Assembly: GCA_951406725.2 (NCBI GenBank)
Contig: OX597814.1
Location: 225,556,001-225,620,000, forward strand
Length of the DNA stretch: 64,000 nucleotides
Reading direction: 5' to 3'
Origin: Octopus vulgaris
Lineage: Eukaryota
Below the pieces are notes generated by a model. It was not told the DNA's origin and did not search any database. It worked only from the letters and a program-made list of their open reading frames with translations. Position 1 is the first letter of the stretch. The number at the start of each line of letters is the position of its first letter. This document shows, in pieces, positions 1-12,807 of the stretch. A program made the translations under genes and the position numbers.

Positions 1-1089
1 GGTTGGGTTGGCTTGTTCTTTGTTGTTTTTCATGCATTTCTGCATACAGCTTCTTGATTAGCCGTCCATATTGTGGTGTGGACAATAATGCTGGCTTTTG
101 TGGTTTTTCCTGTGGCTGTTGTTGTTGTTGTAATTTAGCGGCAGATTTGCACTCCTTTTTGAGGTGTGCCTCACTGCCACATGTATAGCATCGTGGCCTT
201 CTGCCCTCGACTACTACGTACAACTTGCGGCCATCCGCAAGATGTACGTAGGTGGGAATTTTGTTAATGTCGTCTTGACTTATGTGGAAGAGGAACTCCA
301 TTCTCTTTCCCAGCCAGTCCTTGATTTTCGAAACAGCGATATCCAGGATGTTTAAGTCCTCCATTTCGGATGTTATGGCGGATGTTATCCATAGTGTGGT
401 TGTTACTTGGGGGACATTATTGATAATGACCTTCGTCACCTTCTGGCCAAGGTAACTCGGTGTCATCGTTAGTTCATCAGAATGAAGGGTTATCGTTGAG
501 AATTTCTTCGCCAACTCTTCATTCTGAAAAACCACCTGTACGTGGGCGAACTTGTTCGCCCAAGTCACATAATCCTTGTATCCCCAGATGGGGCGTAGGC
601 ACTTTTCTATTTTGTCCGTGCTTGCCTTTTCTGGACTTTTAGTTGTTTTATTTGTTATTTTATCGGTGCCCCAGCATGGCCACAGCTCATAGGCTGAAAC
701 TAGAATCAATCAATCAATCAATGGTTTTCTTTTTTTCCTCATTCAGTATGTGTTGTGGTATGTGTAAGAGTATTTTGCCGTTTTCATTGGTGATAAGGTT
801 TCTGCAATATTTTATTTGTTGTGCAGTAAACGATACTCTTGTTACTTTTTCTTTCATCGCCTCGGCGAAGTTTGTTGTTGTTTTGTTATTGTTGTTACTG
901 CCGGTGGTGTTGGTGTTGATGGCAGGGGTGTGGGTTGTAGGTTTGTGGTTGCTGATTATGCAACTAGCAAGAGGTGGAAAATTGTCTGCGTAATTTGGTC
1001 CTGCATTAGCGCAAATTTCGGCATTTCGTTTGGTTGTCGTTGTTATTTTTTCACTTGTTGGTGATGGAGTGAGCAGTGGTTGAAGGGAA

Positions 1090-1121
<32 letters not shown>

Positions 1122-1685
1122 GTTATTGTCGTTCTTGGTGACGGCGGTGGTGTTAGTGGTATTAGTAGCATTGACGGCACGGTCTTTGGTGGCGGTGATG
1201 GTGATGTTGGTATTGTTATTGGTGGCGATGTCTTTAGCAGGGATAGCAGTTTTAGTAGCAGATGCTGCCATGGTGTTGTTGTCGGTGTTGGTGGTGGACT
1301 CACTGGTGGTGTTGACGGTGCTTGGCCTTGCGACCTTTGTTTTGTATTTGTTGCTGTTGTCGATGCTGATGGTGGTGGTGGTGGTGGTGGTGAAGGCGGT
1401 GGTGGTAACAGTAGTAGTCTCTTTGTTGTTCTTGTTAGTGGTGGTGGTGGTGACAGGGCTGTTACTACAAGTGGTTGCAGCGTTTATTCCAAAATCATTT
1501 ATGTCTGCACTTTGCGTGCATAAGTTCTTTTTTTCTCCTAGCGTTTCCAGACTAGGAAAATGATGGTCGATAGAGGAACGCGACAATCGTTCTACAATAC
1601 AATTTCTCGACATTTTCAAAATGTCGAAAAGGAAATTACACAAATTAAATAGGGTTGAAACTGCCCCTAGGGGCGAATTCCTCCC
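1..1685 (-). mobile_element. Tx1/L1-clade LINE, second copy: 5' end and ORF1, runs off the window edge
   Basis: Homologous to 6400-7917 (GRNSPLGAVSTLF, MSRNCIVER, NFAEA.KEK); CCHC knuckle CYTCGSEAHLKKEC at about 148-190; interrupted at 664-720. Confidence 0.85.
664..720 (+). mobile_element. 57-bp retroposed 3' tail ending in (ATCA)n, inserted into Tx1 ORF1
   Basis: CGGTGCCCCAGCATGGCCACAG...CTGAAAC resembles the SINE 3' end at about 20265-20301; absent from the paralogous ORF1 near 7060-7070. Confidence 0.7.
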
Positions 1686-4600
1686 CTCCACTAATCCTCT
1701 ATAGAATGCCTTTGTTGTGATGGAGTCGCACAAGTTCGATCCCGGACGGCAGAGTTGCTTGAGAGCAACGCGACACTCGCGGTGCCATTCGCCTAGCCTC
1801 GGTCTCTGCTTGATCCATGACTGTAGTTCGTCCAAGGAGACGAGCTGCGGGAAAGCGCGCCGTACAAAAGGCGACCACACCTGTTCACCGTTGTCTATGA
1901 AGCGCCGGAGATGTCGCAGTCTCAGCACATGTCTGCGCATCATCAACCACGGCATGCCCAGCCCTCCATTTAGCGGGTGTTGACAGCAAATGGATCGCCT
2001 TACCATCGGAACGTTTCCCTTCCACAAGAAGCGGAAGAGTATACGTTCCAGTTTGGTGATGGTAGGGTCGGGACAAGGCACGACGGTCAGACGATACTCG
2101 ATGACGGATGCGATGTACGCGTTCGCCACCTCCGCCGACCTTTTAGGGATAGCTTTCTCTTTCTGGGTGAGAGTAGCCACCCTAGTCGTTATCTCGCCCC
2201 AGTTCTTCTCCATTTGGAGGTCCGGACCGAACCAGACCCCGAGCAATTTAACCGGTCCGTCCGTCCAGCGTCCCACGATGGAGACACTGTTGGACGGCAT
2301 GGGCCTGCTTCTCCAGGTGCCGAGCCGCAAGCCCACTGACTTTTCCCGGTTAATTTTTGCTCCCGTTACCGCTTCGTATTCTTTTAGTGTCTCGCCGACC
2401 AGCTCGATGTGTTCGTAGCTCGACACTATGACGGTGACGTCATCCGCGTATGCAGACACGCTCCTCCCGCATCCCAGCTCTCGTGGGATGCCCCTCAGCG
2501 TCGCCAGTTTCCGCAGTAGTGGCTCAAGAGTCAATACATACAGCAGCGATGAGAGGGGGCATCCCTGACGAGCCGAACGCATGATGTTAAAAGGTCTGGA
2601 TAGATGACCATTTACGCGAACTACTGAGCGGATGCCGCTGTATAAGGCAGCGATCCAACCGCGGAAAACTGGACCGAAACCAGCCGCTTTAAGGACAGCC
2701 TCCAAATAGTGATGGTCTACCCTATCGAAGGCTTTTGATTGATCCAAATTGATCAGCGCCCCACCCATGCCAGGATTCTTAACTACCCTGTCTATGATGT
2801 AGCGCATCAGATGGAGGTTGTCATGAATACTTCTACCCGGCACGGCGCATGTTTGTGCCTTGTCGATTAGTTTCTTGATGACAAGCGCCAACCTCTCGGC
2901 TAGCACGTTGGCCAAAATTTTCAAATCTGCGTTGAGCAGAGTGATGGGCCTGAAATTATCTATAACGTCCCCCTTGTTTGGGTCTTTCTTAATCAGTGTC
3001 ACTGCTCCTCGCTTTACAAAAGCAGGAATACTCCCGTTTTGCTGCCAGTTGCAGTAGACAGCTGCCAGACGCCTCCAAACAAGTCTGGCATATGAAAATA
3101 AAGTTCGTAGGGCAGACCATCCAAGCCTGGTGACTTGTCTCTCGCGCAGCCTACCATCGCATCCTGTACGTCCGCAGCTGTGATAGGCCTTTCACAAGAC
3201 TCCACCTCTCTTGCTGAGAGTCGTGGCAAGGCATGCAGGTAGGCACTAAAGTCCACTCTGCGTTCTGACCCACCACTTGTCCCAAACAGTTGGGTGAAGT
3301 GTTGTTGAAAAGCCCCACACATCCTTTTAGGCTCGAGCAATTCGCGCCCCTGTTCATCTATAAGAGACTTGATGGTGGCTCTGTTGCCTCGTTGCGTCTC
3401 CACCACTCGGGCCTCTTGGGCGGCTCCAACTCCTTCGTTCCTCAGAGCACGCATCCTAGCTCTGACAACGCATCCCTCGTGTTTGGCGTTGAGGTGTTGG
3501 TCGAGGGCCAATCTCGCCGCCAGCACGTTGGACGCGATTCCAGTTCTAAGTGCCTCTTCTAAAACCTTAACTAATTCTCCCTCTATTCTATTTCGGTCTA
3601 ATGCTAGTGCTTTACTGTATCTGACTGATTCTGCTTTAATTGCTTTTTTTAGGGCATTCCACCATCTGTTGTTGATGATGGTACCTGTCAAAGCTCTCTT
3701 AACTAATGTGCTGATCCGGTCCTTGTAACCCTGTCGTGCTGTAAAAGACGCGTTCAGTTTCCATTAACCAGGACCCTGTCTATGTGTCTTATCTAAGTCA
3801 AGTGTACAAGTCACAAACTTGTGATCTGTGTAACTGACTATATGAAATTGTGGACAACCTACACTATTTTTATCTATTGTCCTACAGGATACTCTATCTA
3901 AGTATGATCTGGACGATCCGATGCGGTTACTCCATGTCCACAAGTTTCCATCCGGATATTGTACGATGGGTTGGTGCCTTCCTCTCAGATCGCTCCTTCC
4001 AAGTTCAAGTTAATGGTTCGCGGTCCGACGTCTCCAGTGCGAGCAGTGGCGTGCCTCAAGGTTCAGTGCTTGGGCCCTTGTTGTTCTTAGTCTTCATAAA
4101 TGACTTGCCCGACGACCTCACGCAACACACCCTTCTATTTGCCGACAATATCAAACTGGTCGCTCCTCGCGGTAGTATAGAGGATCTTCGTCGATGCCTC
4201 CACCAAATTTGGAAGTGGTCTAACGATTGGGACCTGTGTCTGAACGTGTCAAAGTGCTGTCATCTGCCTGTCGGCTCTACTCCTGCAACTCAACTTGATT
4301 TCGAGCCGGGTCGTCTGCTGCTGGAGAGGACCGATCAGGTAAAGGACCTGGGTATCTTGGTGGATTCCTCCTTTTCGCCTTCGGCCCAGTGCGTCCATGC
4401 TGCCAACAAAGCGCGCGGAATTCTGTTTTTGATTCGACGGTCATTCGGAATACTCACAGCAGCCATATTCCTGCCACTCTATGTCACGCTGGTGAGACCC
4501 ATATTGGAGTATGGGATTCAAGCCTCTTCTCCTTATCTCCTCAAAGACATACAGCACCTCGAAAGAGTCCAGAGGCTGGCTACCCGCATGGTTCATGGTC

Positions 4601-5555
4601 TCAAAAATTTGTCCTACGAAGAAAGGCTGAGGACACTCGACCTTTATTCTCTTGAAAAACGCCGCCGCCGTGGTGATCTCATTCTCGCCCACAACATCAT
4701 AAGCGGGAAGTGTAACCTCTCGAAAGAGCTGTTCTTCACTCCTTCTCCAGAGCGTCGGCTGCGGGGTCATTCCGAAAAGCTGTACCTGCGACGATTTCAT
4801 CTCAATCGAAGGAGAGGAGCTTTCTCCGTCCGGGTTGCGGGTCCGTCGAACAAGCTGCCAGACGAGATGGTGAAGATGCCGACGACCGCTTTGTTCAAAG
4901 CCTCCCTGGACCTCAAGTGGCCTGAACTCTTTACATGAGCACCACCCTGTACTTAACTCCATGTCCCCCTACATGGCCTTGCTATTTGCTTTTGAGCCAA
5001 ATTAACTAACTAACTAACTAACTAACATTCGGGTGGTCCAGTCGGTACCTGTCAGACAGTTGGAAACGTCTGAGCAGGTCTTTGAGGCATTTGCATCCCC
5101 TTCTATTGCTATCTCTGCCCACGTAGTCAAGATGCGTGTCCAGGGTGGCATTCCAATCCCCCACTAAAAGTAAAGGACGAGACGTTCCCATGAAAGACTC
5201 TAGACGTCGAAAGAAATCTGGTCGGCCTGTTAAGGACGGAGCATAAACTGCTATCAGTCGAAAAGCACACTCATTGCTGCCATCGACATCCAAAACGACC
5301 AGCCTACCCTCCGGGTCTAGGAAATTTTCTCTTACTTTGAGATCCAGACTCTTCCGGATAAGCACCGCGTTGCCACGGAGAAAAATGAATGTTGAAAAGT
5401 GTACCGAAACTGTGCTGGAGTGCCCGCAAGCTGTGGAGTCTGGTCTCACTGATGGCTATGATATTCAGATTTAGTGATTTGATGTCATTTAACAGGTAGC
5501 CTTGTTTCCAAGGCGACCCCAAGCGACGTACATTTATACTTCCTATTCTGAGCAT
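1686..5555 (-). pseudogene. Tx1/L1 ORF2 (APE endonuclease + reverse transcriptase), disrupted
   Basis: GSINVRRL..SET, VYAP, GDWN, WTW..SYLDR, TDHK, KSPGLDGLP, FRPITLLN, LDQSKAFDRVDH, RQGCPLS, AYADD. Stop at about 3764, frameshifts near 5400 and 3070, CR1 insertion at 3943-5026. Confidence 0.93.
3943..5026 (+). mobile_element. 5'-truncated CR1/L2-group LINE (RT C-terminal half, 3' UTR, (AACT)n tail), antisense inside Tx1 ORF2
   Basis: SGVPQGSVLGPLLFLVFINDL, FADNIKL, KDLGI, LVRPILEY, LERVQRLATR, RRRGDLI; stop at 4938; (AACT)n at 5004-5026; Tx1 frame flanks both sides (HPNV / WTW). Confidence 0.9.
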
Positions 5556-5621
5556 GTTCCGATAAAATTATGTTTTACACACGAAAAGAAAGTGCAAAAA
5601 AGGAAAGAGAGAGAGAAAAGG

Positions 5622-7845
5622 TTACTTGTTTTTCGAAAGTCCTTTGTTTTTCACCTCACAGTCTTCTTCCATGAGGCTTTTGTATAGTTTCTTTGATGAG
5701 TACTTTTGAAATCTCCGTACTGCATCAGGGTAAAGAGATTTCAGGGTGCTGTATGTGTTCTGTGTTACGTGTATTATTTTAATGTGTTGTGGTGGTGTTG
5801 TGCGTGGGGGGTTACTGGTTTTTATGTCGTTTTCAGTTATGTTGGTGTTTGACCTAATGTGTTCCATTAGGTCGTGGTTGTTTGTGTTTATTGCTGTCAA
5901 CATTGTTGGGGGGTTTGATGATGGTGTGTTTGTGTTGATGTGTTTGTTTTCTCTGGATGTTTTTGTTTCGGAAGTGGTGTATCTTCCTGCTTTGTTTGTT
6001 ATCTTTTCTTTTCTTTTTTTTCCCCTTTTTCTTCTCCCCCCTGTGGCTATTTGCCAATCTTCTGTGTCTTCTTCGTCTAATGACAAATCAGAAGAATCAG
6101 AGCTTGGAAGAGGGAAAATATTGGGGTCTATTGTAGACTGTGTTGATTTTGTTGTTAGTGTTGGTTGGTGAGCGTTAGGTTGTGGTGTATGCGGTTTTGG
6201 AGGTGAGGTGTGGGTATTTTGTGTTTGACTGATTGTAGGTATTGTTGTGTTGTTTGGGGTGTCAATTTTGTGGGGATTTGGAGTAGTAATTGTTTCTTCA
6301 TTTTCGATGAGTGTTTTTTTTTGCAGATGTCCTTGGTTTGGGAGTTGGTTTATTCTTGGTTGTTGTTGTTGGTGGTGGTGCTTCTGTTCTTGGTGCAGTT
6401 GGTGTGGTTGTTTGGTTGGTGAGGTTTGTTTTTTGTTGGTTTTCTGTGATTAGTCCTGTTCGTGCAAAACGTGGTGTGGGTAGTAAAGCTGGTTTATTTG
6501 TTTTTTCCGGCTGCTGTTGTTGTTGCTGTTGTTTTCTTGCGACAGATTTGCAGTCTTTTTTTAGGTGTTGCTCACTGCCGCATATGTAGCAACGTGGTCT
6601 TCTGCCATCGACGACCACATACAACTTGTGGTCTTCTGATACACATATCTGGGTGGGTATTTTCTTTATGTCCTCTTGGTTTATATGTAGTAGAAATTCT
6701 ACTTTTTTTCCCACCCAGTTTTTGTGCTCCGTGACCGTGGTTTCTAAAATTGTGAAATCTTTCATTTTCACACATAAGGCCTTTACTAGCCAGAGATTGT
6801 TATCTATTTTTGGGACATTGTTTAAAGTGATCTTAGTCACTTTCTGTCCACAATAGCTTGGTGTTAGTTGAAGTTCATCTGAATGAAGAGTTAGCGTTGA
6901 GAAACGTCTTGCTAACTCTTCAGTGTGGAAGACCACTTGTATGTGTGCGAACTTGTTCCACCAGGTCACATAGTCTTTGTAGTTCCAGATGGGTTTCAAG
7001 CATTTTTCTATTTTGCTTGTGTTAGCCTTCTCTGGACTTTTTGTTTTCTTATTAATCATTTTATAAATAATTGTTCTTTTTTTTTCATCTTCTAATATTT
7101 CTTCTGGTATGTTTATTTTTACTATACCATCTACTTCCGTTATTGTAATGTTCGTGTCTTTTATTTGTTGTGCAGTAAAATATACTGTTGTCTTTTTTTC
7201 TTTAATCGCCTCGGCGAAATTAGTTGTTGTTTTGTTATTGTTGTTGCTGGTGGTGATGTTGTTGTTGGCTGCAATTGGTAAAATCGGTGTATTTGGTTTG
7301 ATTGTGCAAGTAGGAAGGGGTGGAAAATTACTTGCATAATTTATCTCTGTATTCAAGCAGCTTTTGTCAATTTGTTTGGTGGTCACAGTCTTTTGTTTAT
7401 TCCCTTCAGTTCTTGTTGTTGGAGTAAAACAGGTCTGAACGGAATTGTTGTTGTTGTTATTGTTGTTTTTGTTGTTAGTGGTGGTGTCAGTGGCAGAAGA
7501 GACAGCTGTGGCAGCAGATGTCGAAATGGTGGCGCAATTTTTATTTTTGTTGTCATTGTTATTGTTGTTGTTGTTGGTAGTTGAGGTAGTGGATGAGGTG
7601 GCGGCGGTGGTGGTGGTGGTGGTGAAGGCGGTGGTGGTAACAGTAGTAGTCTCTATGTTATTCTTGCTAGTGGTGGTGTTGGTGACAGGGCTGTTACTAC
7701 AAGTGGTTGCAGCGTTCATTGCAAAGTCATTGATGATTTTACTTTGCGCGCATAAATTCGTTTTTTCTCCTAGCGTTTCCAGACTAGGAGAAAGCTGGTC
7801 GATAAAGGAACGCGACCAGCGTTCTACAATACAATTTCTCGACAT
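5622..7845 (-). pseudogene. Tx1 ORF1 gag-like protein (Thr/Asn-rich N-terminus, CCHC knuckle), frameshifted near 6298
   Basis: ORF 6298..7929 has CYICGSEQHLKKDC; basic C-terminal segment 5622..6086 lies directly upstream of ORF2. Confidence 0.85.
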
Positions 7846-8050
7846 TTTGAAAATGTCGAGAGAGAAATTACAAAAATTAAATAGGGTTGAAACTGCCCCT
7901 AGGGGCGAATTCCTCCCTTGGAAAAGCACTCAAACGAAAGTTGGGTGCCTTACACACCTTATTTACAAAAATGTACACAAAATATGGGCTATAAATAGTC
8001 AAAATAAACGATTACCTTCGGAGCCGAAGTGACAGCACGTCCATAGACAG

Positions 8051-8151
<101 letters not shown>

Positions 8152-9121
8152 TTGTACATGACATTGCGTGAATCAAGAAGTACTGAAATAAATTTAAATA
8201 TTGAAAGGTTTTGTGTGTGTGTGTATGTATGTGTGTACACAAATGTGTGTGAGGCTTTAGCCGCCATAATTAAAATGGACTAAACAGCATAGGTGTGTAT
8301 TCTCTCGTGGTTTTATTGTACCATGTATATACTTGTATCTACTTAGATATATAGAATGCATGTTTGTTTGTTTGTTTGTGTATACATATGATGCACATAT
8401 ATATATAACGTCTGTACGTATAAATATATATCTATGTGTCTGCGTTTGCGTATGTGTCTATGTGTAAATAAGTATTTTGGTGATATGAATATATGTATGC
8501 ACATAGATGAGGACTTGTATATATGTGTATATATATGTAACTGAGTGCGTGAGTATGTGTATGTTGTGTGCTTATATGTGTGTGTTATATGGATATGCGT
8601 ATGTGTTTGTATGAGTGTGTGTGTGGAACTACACATAAATAAACAAACAAACCCAAATATCAAGAATTCCTTGAAATTTGAATCCTTTCCAAAGCCATGC
8701 CGTCGTGACAGACTGACTTCTTCAGGCTGACTCTTCCAGCAACCCTTTCTTTGTAACTCCCTCTTCCTGCTCTGAATCACCGGTTTCTCTTGTTAACCCT
8801 TAATATATTGAAATACTATCCCCCCACTCCTTTTTATATTGACTCCCTACACACATGCACATACCTATATACCTACACAGACATATACACATACACACAC
8901 ATATACACACATGCACGCTCACACACATAACTAAACCTTTTGAAACATAAGTAGATCTCATTTTTGCTAGCTATGTTCATTGGAGCATCATGGAATGAAG
9001 AAACTTGCCCAACGGAATCGAACTCAGGACCTTACGATCGTGAACTGAGCACTAAACCGTGTGCCTTCATATACATACATACACACACACACACATACAT
9101 GCACACACATATAGACACATA

Positions 9122-9210
<89 letters not shown>

Positions 9211-9213
<3 letters not shown>

Positions 9214-10300
9214 CATAAAAATACATACAGAACTCCACAGTGACAACAGACATATTTTACAAAAAAACTGACACACACCAATATTTAAATTTCTGCTCCT
9301 GCCATCCATCACACATCAAAAGAAACATCCCATACAGCATGGCAAGATGCATCTGTGCTATAGTGGCTGATCCCAAAATACGTGAAATCTTACTCAACGA
9401 ACTCAAAGGCTTCCTCACGATGCAGAAATACCCCTTAGAATTAATTAATGAGGGAGCTAAAAAGGCGATGAAACTGAACATCACCCAACTACGGGCATCT
9501 AAGGAAAAAGTTAATGAAAACACGAGTCCGTTCATTAACATACACAGTCCTGGAATAACCAACATCTTTCACGCCATAAAATCAAACTTACCTATACTCC
9601 TACAAAGCCCCAAAATGAAAACTTTGATTGAAAAGACCACCTTACGGAATAGCAGACGCTAACCAAAAACGCTTAAAAACGCTTAAAATTCACAAGGGTA
9701 GAATTCAAATCAGAGAATGAATCAGAATTCTTAGAAAACGAATGGGGAGATAAGAGATGTGGAACATGCAACAATATCAACAACTTCAAATACTTGAAAA
9801 GTGGTTCCCACATAAAATTCAAGAGCGGATCCCTTTTCAAAATTAATGCAGTTATGAACTGCAAAACGCAAAACCTCATGTACTGCATTACCTGCCCAAA
9901 CTGCAAAGGAAATTACATTGGCGAAGCAAATAATTCCCTCTGCCAACGTGCAAGAATCCACAGGCAACATATCCGACAAGAAGAATTACGCAAGATTCCA
10001 TTAAGTAAGCATCTGGAAATATGCGGCGACGGAAAATTCAAAATTTTTCCCTTTTGCAAATATGCACGGGACGATCTGCAATATCAAAAAGTAATGGAAC
10101 TACATTTCATCAAAAAATTCTCTCCAAAATTGAAGGTTTGAAAGAAAAGCAGACACAGTACATTTTGTAAGTTATATACTAATGTTCTCTGACGCAAATT
10201 CATGGAATTGAAAGAGGCGTGATCGAAGTTACACAGTATAAACACGGACATGATTCAGAGTATAAACATGGACATGCTTGACTTTTTGCCAGCAAACACA
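9211..10300 (+). mobile_element. 5'-truncated Penelope-like element (RT thumb + GIY-YIG endonuclease), degenerate
   Basis: TDIFYKKTDTHQYLNFCSCHPSHIKRNIPYS; NLMYCITCPNCKGNYIGE; FKIFPF..ELHFIKKFSPKL; starts at a (TA)n tract. Confidence 0.88.
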
Positions 10301-10339
<39 letters not shown>

Positions 10340-10471
10340 CATCAAGGGATGCTCCCTAAAATTGAATGTATTGAAGGTAAAGTGGAGAATTTGAATTTTT
10401 TATTCCAAATGTGGCTGATCTCTACAAATGTTCAGATTTGTATGTGTAGCATTGGGATGTTCTAGCTTTAC

Positions 10472-10569
<98 letters not shown>

Positions 10570-10674
10570 ATGTCTCCATGTGTATATGTATATATGTATA
10601 TGTGTATATATATGTGTGTCTATGTATATGTATATACATTGTGCATATATATGTGTGTATATATATATGTGTGA

Positions 10675-10726
<52 letters not shown>

Positions 10727-11767
10727 TCGTTTTATTTTATTTACTGACTGATTTTTCAAATTGTGAATTTGCAAATATTATACTAATGTATTTTCATGCT
10801 GAACTGCACTTTATCAAAATATTCCCTCCAAAAATGATGTTTGGAAGGGGTATATTCTAAATATAACTCAAAGAGGAGAAAAAGAAAGAAAGGAGGAAAA
10901 GAAAAGAAGAACGAAAAAAGAAAAAGGATGAGGAAAAGAGAAAAAAAGGAAGAAAAGAGAAAGGGGGAGAAGGGGAGGGAAAAAAGGGAGAAGGGAGAAA
11001 AAAGCAAAATGATTTTCAGTGATGACCAAAGTGCACTTGTTTTTTTTTTCTTTGAGGAGGTCCTCATCCATAAACCCATTCCAGTACAATGTTAAAGGAC
11101 TAAATAGATAAATGAATGGTGAATAGGAAGGTGGATACCCCTTCTCTCTCTCTTTCTCTCTACCCAGCTGTCTATCTGTCTGATTATCTATCTATCTATA
11201 TATCTATTAGCCTATGTTCCTACCTATATTTCTATTTATCCGTCTCCATTGTCATGGAACCTCACGCAAGAAAAAGCAAAAACAATGTTCTCTTCTAAAC
11301 AACCCCCGCCTCACAAAAAAAAACATCTGTTTTATGTAAATGAACAAGCTGTTTGTACATTCACAAAATATTATTTGTCAACGAAAGCACTAATAATAAT
11401 AATAAAGAAATAAAAGGGTTTTTTCTAAAATTCTGACTACATTTTTTCTCAATACATATATATATATATATATATACTCATATATATGAATACATATTCA
11501 TATATATAAATGATATATGTATGCATATATATGCAATATATACATACATACATATATACATACATATATATATATATAGAAGACGTCCAGTCCTTAGAAC
11601 GTGCAAGAAAAGAAAGATGGTCACACGAGGAAAAGAAAGATGGAGGATGGGCACGCGTGAACAACGAGAGAGAAAACGAGAACTATACATACATATATAT
11701 ATATATATATATACACATACGTACATATATATATATACATACACACACATATATATATATATACATA

Positions 11768-11816
<49 letters not shown>

Positions 11817-11818
<2 letters not shown>

Positions 11819-12151
11819 CCCCCTTCGGTCATGAGTGACCATGGGTTTGCACCTAGAGAGTTACCCTCTGAGGCACAAGTCTGGGCAAGGTTGTTTTATG
11901 GATGACCAGTAGTCGCCCATGCATACCGGCCTCCCCTCTCCACGCCACCAGTGTTATCCAAGGGAAAGACAAAGGTCGATACAGCTTGGCACCTGTGACG
12001 TCGCAACTCATTTCTACAGCTGAGTGAACTGGAACAACGTGAAATAAAGTGTCTTGCTCAAGAACACAACACGCAGCCCGGTCCGGGATTCGAGCTCACA
12101 ACCTCACGATCGTAAGCTCGACGCTCTAACCACTGAGCTATGCGCCTTCAC
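11817..12151 (-). mobile_element. tRNA-derived SINE, family B
   Basis: A/B-box head plus TTGAGCAAGACAC central block; same family at 39779, 57992, 62210. Confidence 0.9.
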
Positions 12152-12154
12152 ATA

Positions 12155-12314
12155 AGTTGGGGCGAAAGAGTACAACAGGGGTCACCACCACCCCCTGCCG
12201 GAGCCTCGTGGAGCTTTTAGGTGCTTTAGCTCAATAAACACATACAACGCCCGGTCTGGGAATCGAAACCGCGTTACTTCGACCGCGAGTCCGCTGCCCT
12301 AACCACTGGACCAT
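12155..12314 (-). mobile_element. tRNA-derived SINE, family C (partial)
   Basis: Matches the 5' half of the copy at 38366-38742. Confidence 0.8.
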
Positions 12315-12670
12315 ATATATATATATATATATATATACATACATACGTACATATATATATATACATGGCATGTATGTGTATGTGTATTTGTATATATATG
12401 TGTATGTATATATATGTGTGTGCGTATGTATGTGTATGAGTGTGTATGTATGTGTATGTATGTGTGTGTATGTATGTGTATAAGCGATAGTCTTCTTATT
12501 TACCTAAAACTCTATTCAATTATTCTATTTATTCTTTTATTTACTTTATCACTGATTCTTTTGACCACTCCCCTAAGAAAGACAGTTTATGCCCTGCTTA
12601 CCCAAAAATGTCCCCCACCACCACCCCATTAAACCTGCCTAAATGTATAAATGCCAAAACTTATCTTGAC

Positions 12671-12728
12671 AGCAAACTTCCTGATGATTTCATTTGAATG
12701 AAACAGTTCTAGTCCTGTAGAAGCTGCT
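12671..12728 (+). ncRNA. Type I hammerhead ribozyme motif
   Basis: CTTC-CTGATGA-tTTCAttTGAAt-GAAA-CAG(ttctagtc)CTG-TA-GAAG; stem I extends as AGCA/TGCT. Confidence 0.7.
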
Positions 12729-12736
12729 TCTATAAA

Positions 12737-12807
<71 letters not shown>

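Noticed and set aside
3850-3942. N-terminus of the 362-aa ORF
   Set aside because: It is the antisense strand of Tx1 ORF2 (WTWSNRIGSSRSYLDRV); the CR1 insert starts at about 3943.
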